DNA of 63,047 nt, the filler included, from Reticulomyxa filosa (lineage: Eukaryota; Protista; Foraminifera): the NCBI GenBank assembly GCA_000512085.1. It is 17 parts of 17 records of this genome, joined end to end, with 100 filler letters (N's around TTAATTAATTAA, not from the genome) between each part and the next. Parts side by side here need not be neighbours in the genome. Positions count along the whole stretch, not along the records: positions 4,151 to 13,986 come from ASPP01004292.1; positions 14,087 to 15,421 come from ASPP01000766.1; positions 15,522 to 17,638 come from ASPP01025113.1; positions 17,739 to 18,823 come from ASPP01039760.1; positions 18,924 to 28,787 come from ASPP01020306.1; positions 28,888 to 29,945 come from ASPP01025502.1; positions 30,046 to 31,230 come from ASPP01028583.1; positions 31,331 to 38,288 come from ASPP01002462.1; 9 more parts are not named here. One strand, written 5' to 3'. Positions within the stretch are counted from its first letter, which is position 1, and the number at the start of each line of letters is the position of its first letter. Positions 13,751 to 31,477 of this stretch are shown in pieces. The notes under the pieces are model-generated. The model ran no database searches. It worked only from the letters and a program-made list of their open reading frames with translations, and was not told the DNA's origin. A program made the position numbers and the translations under genes.

Positions 13751-13902
13751 ATGCTGGCTGAAGAAGAAGTTGGTTGCATAATTGATAATGGTGGTTTTTT
13801 CATGAAAGCAGGTCGTTGTGGAGATGATTGCCCCCGTAGTATATTCCCAAACACAGTGGGGCGACCACGAAACCTTTCAATAATAACGGGATTTAGTCAA
13901 AA
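13751..13902 (+). CDS. Divergent actin/actin-related protein, first exon (cut by contig end)
   Basis: IIDNGGFFMKAGRCGDDCPRSIFPNTVGRPR versus actin [30 protein letters not shown]. Confidence 0.8.
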
Positions 13903-15792
13903 GTTACACTAATTAAACTAAACGACTTATTGCAAGTATTTTCATCCAAATTTGTTCTTGTCAATAATTCCTTCATTGTGTAAAATNNNNNNNNNNNNNN
14001 NNNNNNNNNNNNNNNNNNNNNNNNNNNNNNTTAATTAATTAANNNNNNNNNNNNNNNNNNNNNNNNNNNNNNNNNNNNNNNNNNNNTCTGAAGGAGCTAA
14101 TTACAAATAAATATATCAATAATTTTTTTTAGTTTTTAAATGATTTTCAGCATTTGTGTTTTATGGACATCTTCAATCCAAATGCTCACGTACTTATAAC
14201 TTCAAACAGACTATACTTCTCTCCTGTTATATCTGCAATATCATAAACTGTTTAAACACACTTTAGCACATTCGAAAAGAAATTTTATGCTTACTATTTT
14301 CCTCTGATTCATGTAGAAAATAATCAATTCAATAAAAACAAATTCAGAGTATATAGTAATTGAATAAAATAGTATCATTTACATGTTAGCACACATTAAA
14401 AACAACTTTAATATTATCTGATTATTTACAGGTGTAAATTCCCTTTGTTTTCTTAAAATTTTTGCATTGTCAAAAGCAAATGTTACGTGCGATGAACAAT
14501 AAAAAATTATTATAACTGTTTTTTTATATCACTATTCTTGTATTTCAAAGTACTTAGATGCCTTTTTTAATATATCACACCAAATTATATAATTATATAA
14601 ATTGAATGTTTCAAATTCACAAGAGTTCAATATCTTGGTTTGTTTTCTAGCGAGTATTTTTCGTGATTTAATCTTTGTGTCCTTTCTTGAGCTGACTGCT
14701 ATGTTTCTACAAGCCTTTCTCATATACTATTACACGCACACATAACTCTTTGGTGTGATATATGTATTCGTTTGCTTATAAGACTTTTTTTCTCTCAATC
14801 ACGAATTGCCAATGTCAAACAAGTCAAGCTAATTCAAAAGAATAAGAACTAAAATTTTTTTTGTGGTAAGATTGTTTTTAATGAAAATTAGCATTTGGTT
14901 AAATTCCTTTTTGCACTGTATATTGCTTGTATTTTCTCGGCAATAAACTAAAAGCAATAAAGAAAAAGTAAACGAATTGCGCGATTATTAAAATTGTATG
15001 TTTGATCTAATAAAAACAAAAGTATAAAATAACAGACTGAATAAATAATAATTGATAAAATGAAAAAAATGAACAAATAAAGTTTTTTTGACAATGTGCG
15101 GATGCTTCCAAATAGAAAAAGGTGGAATAATTCAAAAAATAACATAATTTATTCAACAATAAATCTTTAAAAATATGATTCAAATAAACCAAAAATAAAA
15201 GTAAAAATTTGCATGATTTAGCAACACATTAAAAAAATTTATCATAACAAAAAGGGCATTAAAAAAAAAGCAAAGGAAGGGAAAAGCAAAAAAGAAAAGG
15301 TGAAATGAGACGGCGCCTCATGCGCTGCCAAATTTCACCGTTTCTTTTTGCGTTTGTCTTCTTTGCTTTTTTTTTAGCTTTTCGAGTTCTAGAAAAGTGT
15401 GTTTTTGGTGTATCTTTTGAANNNNNNNNNNNNNNNNNNNNNNNNNNNNNNNNNNNNNNNNNNNNTTAATTAATTAANNNNNNNNNNNNNNNNNNNNNNN
15501 NNNNNNNNNNNNNNNNNNNNNATATCAAACTAATCCTTTTTTTGTCGAATAACACTTTTTTTTTTTTTTTTTTTTTTTTTAATATGAAGGAAAACTTTTT
15601 CATGCATTGACTTGTATAACTATAGCAACGCTGCTGTTTATATTTATTTTGCAGCTAGCCTCCTCGACACCAGGTTTTATCAGTTAAGAAGGAAGCTTTT
15701 TTTGTTGCTACGTTGATGCCTCGCACCCCCCTTTTTTTTTTTTATTTGAAGATACCATGCACAAAAAAGATTTTTTCTTTAAAAAAAAAAAA

Positions 15793-16446
15793 AGGATTTG
15801 TTGGATTTGCTGTTGTGATCCATAATTTTGCTGAGCTGTATTTGATAAGAAATGCGTTGTTGGGAAAAAATCCAATTCGTCCTTCCTTTGAGGACGTAAT
15901 GGTATGTTATTTATACGTGTTTTTGAAAAAACTGCTGGGTTTGTACGTAGTTTTTTTGACGAATAAAGATTGGAAAATGTTTTTTTGTTCTCTGATATTG
16001 AAATTAATAGCAATACGTACGTATGGTCAACCATAACGTTACGAAATGTGAAAAAGATCCAGTTAGACATGCCACAAAATGAACAAGGTGATTCGAAGCA
16101 GCCAGACACTAACAAGCCGAAATCACTGGAAATAGAATTAGAACTTGCGGCTGGAAATGCAATATCTCACAGAGAAATGGTAAGTAATGCACTTAGTGCT
16201 TTTTTTTTTTTGAATGAAAAAACATCGAAATGTGTTTGATTTGAATTTTAGGCTGAAGCAGTTTTGCTTGATTCTGGTGATGCTGAGGAAGTGGCATCAG
16301 CAAATGACAAGATAAGGGCAAGAGAATTTACAGAACTAGGCGCAATTGCATATTTAAAAATGCATAGCTATCATTTTTATAAGCGCCTTTTTAATTGCTT
16401 TAGGAAACTTTGTTTCGCTAGCGACAGCGCTATTTGCAAGGGTTAA
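15793..16446 (+). CDS. 3' part of a multi-exon hypothetical protein
   Basis: Exons linked by GT..AG introns (about 15902-15968 and 16180-16251); contains SLEIELEL. Confidence 0.45.
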
Positions 16447-17738
16447 AAAGGTTGTGAATTACTTAAATTGTAACTTTATCTTTTGTGAATAAGGAAAGGG
16501 AATAAGTGAAAAAGCCGTTGTTATTTTTGGCTTTACCAACATTTTGTTCATTTAAAATTTTTTAATTTTTTTTAAATTTCACTTGGTTTTATTTTGATAA
16601 CAACAAAATAATTCATGCTAATCATTAACAAACTGGATCTTTGATAAACTTTCAAATGTTATAACAACAAACATGCAGCAGTTCACCAATCATGATGTGA
16701 AATAACATGATGCAGGCCCCATTAAACATAAAAAAATAAAAAAAATAATATTTCAAATTTTTTTTAAAAGATCCTGCTGATACTTAATGGTTCAGGAGAA
16801 TCCCTGAGTATAAATGAATAATATTGTGGAGGTATGAAAGTACCATCCTATTCTGGATAGGAAAACATACAAACTAAAAAGAAGAACTTGATTAACAATT
16901 CTTGTATATACTTTTTGTTTAACTTGAAAAATATTTTCAATAAAAAAAATTATTTTTGTTATTTGAAATTATAATTCAAAGTTCCAGTTCGCAAAAAAGC
17001 TTTGAGAAATTTTCAAACAATAATTAGCAATGAAATAAAACATGAAGTGCCAACAAGTCTGGAAGTAGATTATAACAAATTAGAATCGCAAACAAATTGT
17101 GATTGACTTGTATTTTTTGTTAAATTAAGTTGTAAGATTGCTCTTTTTTAATTTAAATGATCCAAAAAGAAGAAAAGTCCTCACAGTACGAAAATGTTGA
17201 TTGTTCTTGTGTGGTCTCGTACTATTTGTTTTAGCCTTGGGACAATACACTTTTTATTTGCTTGTCAATTTGGAAATGATTGTTCATTGTTTGACCTGGC
17301 GTCTCCAGTTTTGTCCAAGTCTCTCACCACAGCAGATGGATTCAACAAATCCAGTAAAAGAGCACAATGTTTGTGTCTTTGTTCTGACAATAACACGAGA
17401 CACTCCACAAGCAATGAAATCAGAACACTTTTCTCAAACAGGAGGGCACTTTCTAAACAAAACAATAGCAGCATTGGAGACACATGCAAAGAAAAGTCCA
17501 ATGTAATTGAAAAGGATGAATATAAGCAAGTAATTAATGGATATCTCCATCCAAATAAAAGCTGCGGATACCTAAACGCTTCCAGACTACGAAAACTTAA
17601 TAATTATTTTTTAATAAAGTAATATCAACCTTTTAATCNNNNNNNNNNNNNNNNNNNNNNNNNNNNNNNNNNNNNNNNNNNNTTAATTAATTAANNNNNN
17701 NNNNNNNNNNNNNNNNNNNNNNNNNNNNNNNNNNNNNN

Positions 17739-18823
17739 ATGACACAGTCGTTGTATGTTCGAAAAAGAAACATTCTGGACGATTTGACCTTGGAAGAGAA
17801 GCAATCCTTAGAAAAGGCTTCCAGCAATCCCGAGAAATAAACATATAAATATATGTATATATATATATCTTTTATTCTAACCAAAACCAATAACAAACAA
17901 ATGAAAATAGGAATGATACAACGAATAATGAAACCAAAGAAAATAATGGAAACAATGAAACAAACGGCACATTAGAGTTACAGAAAAACAGCTCACTGCT
18001 GCCCAAACAAGACAAGTTGTTTTTGGTGGATCGTGTGAAAGACCACCAATTGTGGAAGTCGGAGGCATTTTGGAAAGAGGCGTTCGGTGACAGTCTGCAA
18101 CAAGAGTTTAAGAAATATCCCATGCTGCAATCCTGGCACAGTGACACGGAGCATGCCGAGGCCCATCGAAGAAACCAGGAGATAATCTTTAGTCAACTGG
18201 CGGCGATCACGCACAACATGAAAGAGTTTGGCATGCAAAACAGCACGATCGTGTCTTTTTTAGACCGCCAAAGTCTCGACCCCGAAAAGAAGAAAATACT
18301 GAAAGCGACATTGGGAATCTTTGTAGAATCCACGGTAGTGTCTCAAGGCGACGCGTCGCTTCAATCTACACAACCGACCTCGTCGGCGCAAACACCAATG
18401 GGTGTGATGACGAGTGAGATGACCAACCCCGTCGATGCAAAGCCTGTCAAGCCACCGTCGAGATCTTCCATTTCTTTCATCAGTAACATCATCAATACTC
18501 CCTTCAACTCGCAGTCGCAAACGCAGCGTCAACCACAAATACAACGATCTGCACAATCACGACAGTCGCAGCCTCAGTTGCAATTGCAATCGCAGTTACC
18601 ACTTCAATCGCAATCGCAATCGCAATCACAATCACAATCACAATCACAACCACCGTCACAATCGCAAGCTCGTTTGTCGTTCAGTCATTCACAACCGCCT
18701 CCACCACCTCCACCACAACCACGATCGCAGTCACAATCCCAGGTGCAATTGCAAGCTCAATTGCAACAATTACAACCGCAACTGCAAGCGCAATCACTAT
18801 CTCTAACCCAAACCCAAACCCAA
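17739..18823 (+). CDS. SBF1/SBF2-domain-like protein fragment with Gln/Ser/Pro-rich tail
   Basis: MTQSLY..., FLVDRVKDHQLWKSEAFWKEAF, IIFSQLAAITHNMKEFGM resemble the SBF1/SBF2 helical domain; SQ repeats; truncated at both ends. Confidence 0.6.
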
Positions 18824-18990
18824 NNNNNNNNNNNNNNNNNNNNNNNNNNNNNNNNNNNNNNNNNNNNTTAATTAATTAANNNNNNNNNNNNNNNNNNNNN
18901 NNNNNNNNNNNNNNNNNNNNNNNTTTTTTTTTTTTGGACAATGGAAAATGCATGAATACATTTCAACGGAACAATGTAGACTGTGATTAA

Positions 18991-20595
18991 GGTATCTGAG
19001 ACCACAAGCCATGGGTCCACTCGGTCAAAGTCATCACCTGCGTTGCTGACCAAGGACACGGCAAAGAGCCATTTGAGTAGCATCTTGTCTCCACATCGAC
19101 TGTCTCATGTTAAGTGAATGGGACACTAGTGCATGAGGCGTACATCAAACACAATTTGTCTCTGTGTATATTAAACAAATAAACAAATAAATAAATAAAT
19201 AAATAAATGAATATACATATATACATATATATATATATGTATGTATGATATATACAAATAGTATGAAGTGGTGCGACAGTTGCTATCCGAGTCGAGAGAT
19301 GTGTTGGAGTGGATAAATAGCGCAAAGGGAGCGGAGGAGGAGGAGGAGGAGAGCGAGAAGGACAAGGGAGTGGACCAGTCCATGCTACGCGATCTGCAAT
19401 TGTATCGCTATTTCGCCAGTCATTGCAACCACTTTGAGGACATAAGCAACCCGTGTTGGACGGCAAAAGGTGTGAACAAGTCGAAGACGGACGACTTGTC
19501 GGCACAGTATTGGAATAGCAGCATGTCAGTGGAACAAAAGAGTAAAGGGTTGAGACGGCAGTCATGTGCGTCGGTAGACTCGCCGTCTCGCAAACGGGGT
19601 GTGTCTGTGTTCCGCGAGTACTACCTGCGTTCGTTGTTGTATCCATGGTGCAAATGCGACAGCAACACGTATCTGCGCGAGCTCATTCACTCTCAAAGAT
19701 ATGATGTATGTCAAGCCAGTCCAGGATCATTCTCGCTGAAGAGTTGCGCAGGCATACCGCTGCATCCTTGCGTGTTGAAGGTGCGTGTCACCATGGATCT
19801 CATGCTTGACTTCTTCTGTGCCGATGATACGCTGACCACTGCCAAGTCCAGGAAACTCAAGTTCATGCAGGTGTCCCAATCGAGTGATGGGATAAGGCGT
19901 TGGAGTCTTCACAACTCACTGTCCGCACAACCTCCAGTGCTTATGAGGAAACTATCCGAAAGTGGAGACTGCTTGAAGAAGGACTATGTTATCATTACCG
20001 TGCCCATTGAAAATTTCGGCACCATGTCGGTGCAAGCCTTTTTCCACACTTTGATTCGCTGCATTGCAAACACTGTCGCCGGAGGGACTTGCCAATCTCT
20101 ACTCCCGCCCGATGAAAAGGAACGCATTCATCAGGATTTGTTCTTGACCGATGAATTGCTTCAACTTCGATTTTTGAAAGAAGACCATTCTTATGTCATT
20201 CGTTCTTTTGGTCATTTCTTTTTCCTCTCTCTCTTTCATCTCTCCTCCTCCTTGAAAATACTCTCTTGCTTTTCATAATATAGAAAAAGACAATCCCTCA
20301 TCTCAGGAAACACCCGTCTTCAATGAACACAAGTTCGACAAAAAACTGTTCTTGAAACACGCGAAAAGCTTGAAACTGTTGGCACTCAAAATGACTGGAC
20401 AGTCGGAGTACATTTTCTACAACAACGTCGAGCAAGACAAAATCTATGACTACAAATGCGTTCGCTACGCATTGGCCCATCAATTCGATCCGGGGATGCA
20501 TTGTGCCCTCACTTTAGTCCATTTGACTAAGTACCCTACTGCTATTGCGCAACTGCATGTTTGTTTGTGGAGGAGGAGGGGGGGGGGGACGGAGA

Positions 20596-20631
<36 letters not shown>

Positions 20632-23600
20632 TCTTTTTTTCTATTTTGTTGCATTGGATCTGCTAATAAGATGACTATTGCGTATGTTGTTCATGTGCAT
20701 TCAATATATACATATGTATGTATATGTTCCATTGTCCAATCTCCAGTCCGACTGTGAAAACTATGGGAAAGAACTACTGCATTGGGAAAAACAGATCCAT
20801 CAACAGAGCAACAAGTGGCTCATGCTGATGTATCCGTGGATAGACATTCTTCCCAACTATTTTCAATGGTACGACATCAAAGGGATAACGATTGAAAGAA
20901 ACGTGAAAAAAGTGGACTCGCCTTCCATTACGCCCAATAAGCATGACACAGATCACCGAAGGGAATCGATCAGTGGCATGGAGTTGGATATGAAAGAGAT
21001 TGATGTTGACGATAACACAAACAGACATTTGGATGGTACGTATAAATCTTTTTTTTCTTTTTGTGTTGTTTGTATTGAATCCAATTACAACTTACATTTC
21101 CAAAAAAAAAAAAAAAAAAAAAAAACAACAACAACAAAGAAAAGGGAACAAGGAAAGATTATATATCGATCAATGACGAGTTTTATGAATGGCGCAATAC
21201 TGTCAATCCTTCTCGTGACAAGTTCCTGTTTTTACATGAAGTCACGCACATTCCATTTTCCTTTGAAATCCTAAGCATCATCAATTGTGAAAAGTTCCCA
21301 AAGTATGACACCAGCGTTTACGATCGCATCATGTTCTCGGTCGAACTCCAAATCGGAAAACTCGTCTACGAATCCGAACTCTTTATCACCTCCGCCATCA
21401 AACCTCAAACCCGAGTTAGCAATCGAATTGCATTCGGCGGGCAATATCAGAACGCGTTGCTGCACACTTCTTCTGATTTAATGCTCAGCGACTTGCCCGT
21501 GGAGGCTACTTTATGCATTGTTGCATTTGGTACACGATACATTTAACAATCTAAAAAAAAAAAAAAAAAGATATTATATATGTATATGTATTATATACGA
21601 ACAAATCAGGCATTTCAAAGAATTGGATGACGCAACAATTCGAAACATGATCGAAACGGAAAAAAGAAAACAGCCAATGCCACTTTTCACCCAATTCAAA
21701 TGTAGACCGTCCTTCCAACAATTTTGTGGACAAAGACACACTGGAGAACATCTTAACACGCGTGATGCATCAGACGAAGCGGTCGGCTCGACAGATCCCC
21801 ATTGTGAACGAAAATCAAGAGCTCGACAACAACGTCTTTGTCGATACCAACGAAGCCATTGAGCTAAGCCATGGGACGTCGAACGTAAGTCAAAGTGACA
21901 GTTCGCCAAATCACGTTGCGTCGCGGTCGTCCACCGTGCGGGCTTCGGATATGCGCATTGACAGAAACGATGGACACGACCATGATATGTTGCGACACGT
22001 GTTTGACAATTGCACGCCGTTGGGATACGTACGCATGCCTCTCGTCGACGAGTTTCGACGCTATCGTAATGGCAGACATCAATGGACATTATGGAATATT
22101 CCAATCTTCAAAAAGAAAAAAGTTTGGCCCTCCAAATACACACCAAGGGAAAAAAAGGACACACATTTCCAAAATGTAGCTGTTTTTGTTTTGTAGTTTG
22201 CACAAATTCCCTTCATCCCATTCACGAAAAGGGAGCACCGAGCGTAGATCCGTTTCGCGACTTGTCGTTTCGATTTTGGGCCCCGGTCGGTTGTCCCAGA
22301 GCCAACAGCGCCGGTACCAACACCAACACCAACGACAACACGTCGACGTATCAATGCGAAATCGAATTGGTCATCGGACCTTATCTGCCTCTGTCCTCTC
22401 CGTCGGATGCCTCGCCGTACAATGAAAAGACAAGACAGTCCATCGAAGTAGAGCCCATGCCGACGACACAGGACCAAAAACGACACCAAATTGTCATTTT
22501 AGCGCCGTTGTTCAATCATATGAACGAGAGTCGTACAAGTGATGAACGAGTTATACTGTTTGATCAATGAACTTTCTTTTTTTTTTATCAAAAATTCAAT
22601 TCAATTCAATCCAATAAAATAAATAAATAAAAAAAGCCAACGGTAACCTCGCAAGACATAAAAGATGCAAACAACATAATTAAAAAAGATCCTTTGACGA
22701 CGTTAACTGTCGCCGAAAAAAGACTTATTTGGAATGTCCGCTATCTACTGACAAGCAAATTCAATGCGCTTCCGGTGGTATTACGAAGTGTGGATTGGCG
22801 CGATCCTTCCATGCGTGCGGAGATGTATCGCTTGTTGTATCAATGGGACCGACCAAACACACCCGAAAACGCTCTAGAGTTATTACATTACGAATTTGCA
22901 GACGCCAGAGTAAGACATTTTGCAGTGACAATGTGCTTGGCTGACTTGTGCAACGTCAAACTGAAGACGTATCTATTGCAGATCGTTCAATGCTTAAAAA
23001 CCGAGTTGCATCATTATTCGTTTTTGTCTCATTTCATCCTAAAACGAGCCATCCAAGCACCCTATTTGATCGGCCATCACCTATTTTGGTTGTGTAAAGT
23101 TACGTATCCAACGAGTATCAAAGGATCAAACACTACACATACATACGTATACGTATATACGTATACAAAATATAAAATAAAATAAAAACAGGCGGATTTA
23201 TGGCAAAACCAATTGAAAAATCGCTTGACAGTGTTACTGGAAAATCTGCTGATGCATTGTTTTTGGTATCCCAGACAACTATTTCTTCAAAATGAGATGA
23301 CACACGAATTGACACGCATCCACAAAATAGTCAAGTATAGTCTCCGAGTGGAAAAGAAACCGATAGCAGACGTAAAACAAATGCTATATAAGTCGGTGTC
23401 CGATTTGAATCAATGGATAGAATTGGTACTGAGAGATTCATTTACGTTGCCAGTGAACCCAAATTTTCCATTATCACAACTCCTAGTCGAAAAGTGTTCT
23501 TTTTTTGGCTCTGCCCAATTGCCATTGCGAATTGTGTGCAAATCGATGGACCCTCATGGCGATGGCTTGTCTGTCATATTCAAGGCAGGCGATGATTTGC

Positions 23601-24729
23601 GACAAGACATTCTAACGCTACAGCTAATGTCGATCATGGATCAGTTGTGGATGTACAGTGGCAAAGATCTGCGTTTGCGGATTTACGAAGTCGTGGCCAC
23701 AGGCAAAGATACAGGCTTCATTGAAATAGTCACCAACAGCGAGACGGTCAACCATTTGTCGAGAGAAGTTGGCAATTGGTTTGACGGGCCACAAGATAGC
23801 ACGTCACATTTTCGGTATTTGTTGCGACATAATCATGAAAGCCTATACTCTTTGTTGAGTGCACAAGACCGGTTCATTCGTTCTTGTGCGGGTTCCGTCA
23901 TTGCCACGTGGATTTTAGGCATAGGCGACAGACATCCGGACAATTATATGATCCACCAGGCTGGTGATTTGTTTCGTTGAGTACAAAAAAAATCAAAGTG
24001 TATTTATTATACAAGACACACCTATTAATCATGCAATTTTTTTTTTTTTTTTTTTTTTTTAGCTTTTTAACGAATTTGTTAGAATAAACATGTACGCATA
24101 TGTATACATATGTACGTAATATACAACATAATCCATACATGTACAATCCCTATGTACGAAACCATACTGTGGATATAACAGATATCGATTTTGGACACTT
24201 TTTGGGCAACTTCAAGTCGAAAATGCTTGTGGATTTTCAAAAACTTGGGATCGATTATCAATGGAATGTAAAGCGCGAATGCTCACCCTTTGTGTTTTCT
24301 CCTGCAATGAAGTATGCGATTAAAATACGTCCCAGAAACGAATCGCAGGTACATTCATACCAAAGTAATCAAGAATACAGGTTCAAAGCTGTCGAGTATC
24401 CTGAGGATTTCACGGACCCCTTGAATGAAGCAAAGGATGATGACAACCAAAGCTATCAACAGTTTATCGATAACTGTCGTGTTGCCTATAATGTGGTGAG
24501 GAAGAGAGATCGCCTCTTTTTCACGTTAATGCGCTTGATGATACCTTCCCAAATGCCAGAGCTCATCCGTGAAACTGACATTGAATACATGAAGAAAATG
24601 TTACACTTAGAAATAGAAAGAGACGAAGAAATCGAAGCGTTGGTTATACAATCTTTGAATGAAAGTTGTGCTGATCGACGTCGAATACTTGACAATGTGG
24701 TGCATGCATGGAAGCATTCCAAAGGATAG
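18991..24729 (+). CDS. Phosphatidylinositol 3-kinase (class I/II-like: C2, helical, catalytic domains), multi-exon, 5' partial
   Basis: ALPVVLRSVDW, ALELLHYEFADARVRHFAV, FKAGDDLRQDILTLQ, GIGDRHPDNYMI, IDFGHFLGNFKSK, C-terminal LDNVVHAWK. Confidence 0.93.
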
Positions 24730-25372
24730 ACAAAATAAGAAATAGGTATACGGGTACATTTTTACGAAGGGGTGTATTACATTTGAAGCAGCCTTCATTT
24801 AAACTCGGTTGCTTCTTTCATTGTTTGACACTGCAGTTGTTGCGTTTCTCTTTTTTGTTTTGCTTTTGCTTTGTTTGTTATTTTTTATTATATTTTAATT
24901 CACTACTGATCCTTCTTTATATTGCGTTTTTATGACAATCTCAACATTATCTTGCACGTGCATTTTCTTGTAATGTGGAGTTTCTTGTCTGGATCTTATT
25001 ATTATTTTTGCCTCAAATATTAAATAAATAATCCAATTCAAAGTAGTCGCGCAAACAAAAACACATCAACGCGGCCACGTATCTCACCTTTATAAACTGT
25101 GGTGCTTTCACAATTTTTCGGCTCAACAGCAACGACTTTTTTGGATATATTTCGAATGCTCGTAAAGTTATCACGTCAAAAAACAATATTGTATATATTA
25201 CAATTGGAGAAATTTCCTTCTAGTGAAAAATTGATGAAATTCCTGAGAGCATATATTGTAAAAAAAAGGTGAAGTTTTGGCTACAAGACCTAAAAACGCG
25301 TGCAAGGTTTTCCCTCTTTTTTTGATTGTTTTTGAATTGACAATCTTGCTTCATCAAAAAAACACATCTGTT

Positions 25373-28787
<3,415 letters not shown>

Positions 28788-28887
28788 NNNNNNNNNNNNN
28801 NNNNNNNNNNNNNNNNNNNNNNNNNNNNNNNTTAATTAATTAANNNNNNNNNNNNNNNNNNNNNNNNNNNNNNNNNNNNNNNNNNNN

Positions 28888-29756
28888 TGTTTGATTGATG
28901 GTGCATGATGTGATGGAATAGAATTGAACAGTTGAAAAAAAATCAACAAAAACTGATTAGCCATTGGGATATGAATCTGTTTTTCCATAAATATCCATTT
29001 TATTATGCTTCCAACGCAAGTAGTGCATTAAACCAAAACTTTAGCAAACTAACGAGTGCAATTGAAAACATTCGGAATGTCAGATCTCCGTGGGACTCCA
29101 TTCCATACAATCGCACTTGTGAAGATGCTGTTGTTGCTACAAATATCACCATGTGGTTGTCTTTTTGTGTTTGCTACATTCCCAAGGAAGTTGATATTAC
29201 TCCTGCCATTGCAAAACAAGACTTTGCTATTGTTCAGCAAGCTGTTCAATTTGTTAATCAATGGACTGGAAATGGAGTCTTAATGGTATCTATATCTTTT
29301 ATAACACAAATCATACACTTGTCCTTTTCCCCGGTTCCATATTTGATTATTTCTTCAAAAATGTATACGTATTTGTGTGCACAGTGCAAACTCTGGAATG
29401 CAGAAGATTTTGAAGTGGCTTCTCATTTTCAGTCTCCTGATCAATTGAGCGCGGAATTAGTTATTATGAAAAAAGACAAATCCCAGAAAACAATTGAAAG
29501 TACTCAACAACAACCTGCGCCTTTAAGTCTGAAAGTTCATTTTAATAATCAGAATAAACAAATAAAATGGGTGAAACACAAGGAAAGGGCTGTGCCATCA
29601 ATCATTCGATTAGATATGTTTAGCAAAGAATCCTGTTTGGAAATGCGGGATATCAAGGGCTTTGAGGAAATGCCATTTCCAAAGCTGTTTTCAAAACAAA
29701 ATATTACACAAGAAATGCATCTTAAATATAATTTTCGTTGGTGTCGTTGTCAATAA
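28888..29756 (+). CDS. 3' fragment of a hypothetical protein
   Basis: 274-aa ORF, probably reading through an intron near 29286-29383; no domain recognised. Confidence 0.5.
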
Positions 29757-30472
29757 GGTGTCAGAAACGATTTCTGTTATTTTCATTTATCGCAATTTTT
29801 TTTAATTATTATTATTGTACTACTTTCTTGTCCAAAAAAAGGGTAGAAGCAGATTTATTTATTTTAAGTGTTAATTTTTATTATTTTCTATAGTAAAAAA
29901 GTTTTTATTAAGGGTAAACCCCCTTTAGCGATTATCATCGCAAAANNNNNNNNNNNNNNNNNNNNNNNNNNNNNNNNNNNNNNNNNNNNTTAATTAATTA
30001 ANNNNNNNNNNNNNNNNNNNNNNNNNNNNNNNNNNNNNNNNNNNNATCAAGTTTAAATATAAAAAAAGAGTAAAAACTAAAGTTCTGTTGAAAAAAAAAT
30101 TAGGTAATCGAAAAAGGCTAGTCACATTTTTTTTATTTCTATCTTTCATCTTCTTGTTGACTGTTCTGTTTTCAAAAAGAAGTGGCTGTAACACAAAACT
30201 CCTTACCTTAACCTTGTGACTTTCATGTTCATCCTGAAAATGGAACTCTATTTTCCATTTTGAACGAAAAATCAAAATAAATATGTATTTGCAAGTTTAA
30301 CAAGTTTTTCATTTGACTAATTCTACTTAATGAATTTGGGTAATTAATACCTGACTTCCAAAACTTTGATAATACCTTTTTGTTGAATTTTGTAGCTATT
30401 GAATGATGGAATGTAAATACACAAAAAATTTGATATAAAGCAATCATATTTTTTCTGATTCATAAGACACAT

Positions 30473-31010
30473 CTAAATCATCTGAAAAATGCGACTAATG
30501 CATGCCAGAAGTAAAGCAAGTAAGTTTTTGGTGAAAAAGAGATTTCTAAGTGCACTTATATGCTGTAATTGTATGTTCATTTTCCCCAAAAAAACTTTTA
30601 GACAAAAAATTTCTTTTCGGTTGGTTTCATACAACAAACTGGGACCCGACTTGTTGTTACGTTGTGTCTCTCCACTATTGCCATTACCATTATTATTATG
30701 CTTTGCATTGTGATCACGAGATGTCTGACCGACGGGAACAGGCGAGTCTCGATCTGCATGTCGACGACGATCTTCGTTGGCGGGAACAGGTAAATCGAAG
30801 GGCAGACGATGATGGGCTTGGGCGTGCCGATGGAAATCGCCGACCGTTTTTCTTCGCTTTTGTGGCTCTGGTCTTTCGCCCGGAGAAGAAGAAGAGCCCA
30901 CTCCTTCTCTTTTTTTACTCTCTCCCTTTTTGCAGCTACTGCAAGACGAGTCCTCCGACGTCGACAAGTGCTTCCGTGTCTTCTCGAGATGGCTCTGGAT
31001 CTTAGAAATG
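30473..31010 (-). CDS. Hypothetical protein fragment (basic/Ser-rich)
   Basis: GC-richer ORF within AT-rich flanks; no domain recognised. Confidence 0.35.
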
Positions 31011-31340
31011 TAATGTCACTACATGTTTCTTAATACACAATATACATACATACATATATGTACATATACGTATATGTATATGTATACGTGCTCCTTTATA
31101 TACAAAAGTTTGGAGTCAACAAAACTTTTTCAGAGTGATCTGAAATGGTTTGTTTTTGAGCAGCTGTTAAGAGAAGGTCAGCAAAGCTATCCTTTGGCGT
31201 CGTTCATGGTCATTTTCATTTTAATTTTCTNNNNNNNNNNNNNNNNNNNNNNNNNNNNNNNNNNNNNNNNNNNNTTAATTAATTAANNNNNNNNNNNNNN
31301 NNNNNNNNNNNNNNNNNNNNNNNNNNNNNNTTTTTTTTGT

Positions 31341-31378
<38 letters not shown>

Positions 31379-31477
31379 GATCACAGAAAGAGTTTTTTTT
31401 AAAAAAATCTTCATATCTAATCTTTTCATCTCTCTTCCCTAAGGGGGAAAAAAAAGGGGACGAAAAATGTTCCCATT

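Noticed and set aside
14087-15421. Short ORFs in an AT-rich contig
   Set aside because: Low-complexity frames without coding evidence; no tRNA or rRNA gene was recognised here or elsewhere in the window
17194-17622. 142-aa ORF
   Set aside because: No motif or clear coding signal; cannot be supported as a gene
18801-18823. Telomere-like TAACCC/AAACCC run at contig end
   Set aside because: In-frame (Thr-Gln)n coding repeat continuing the SQ-rich tail
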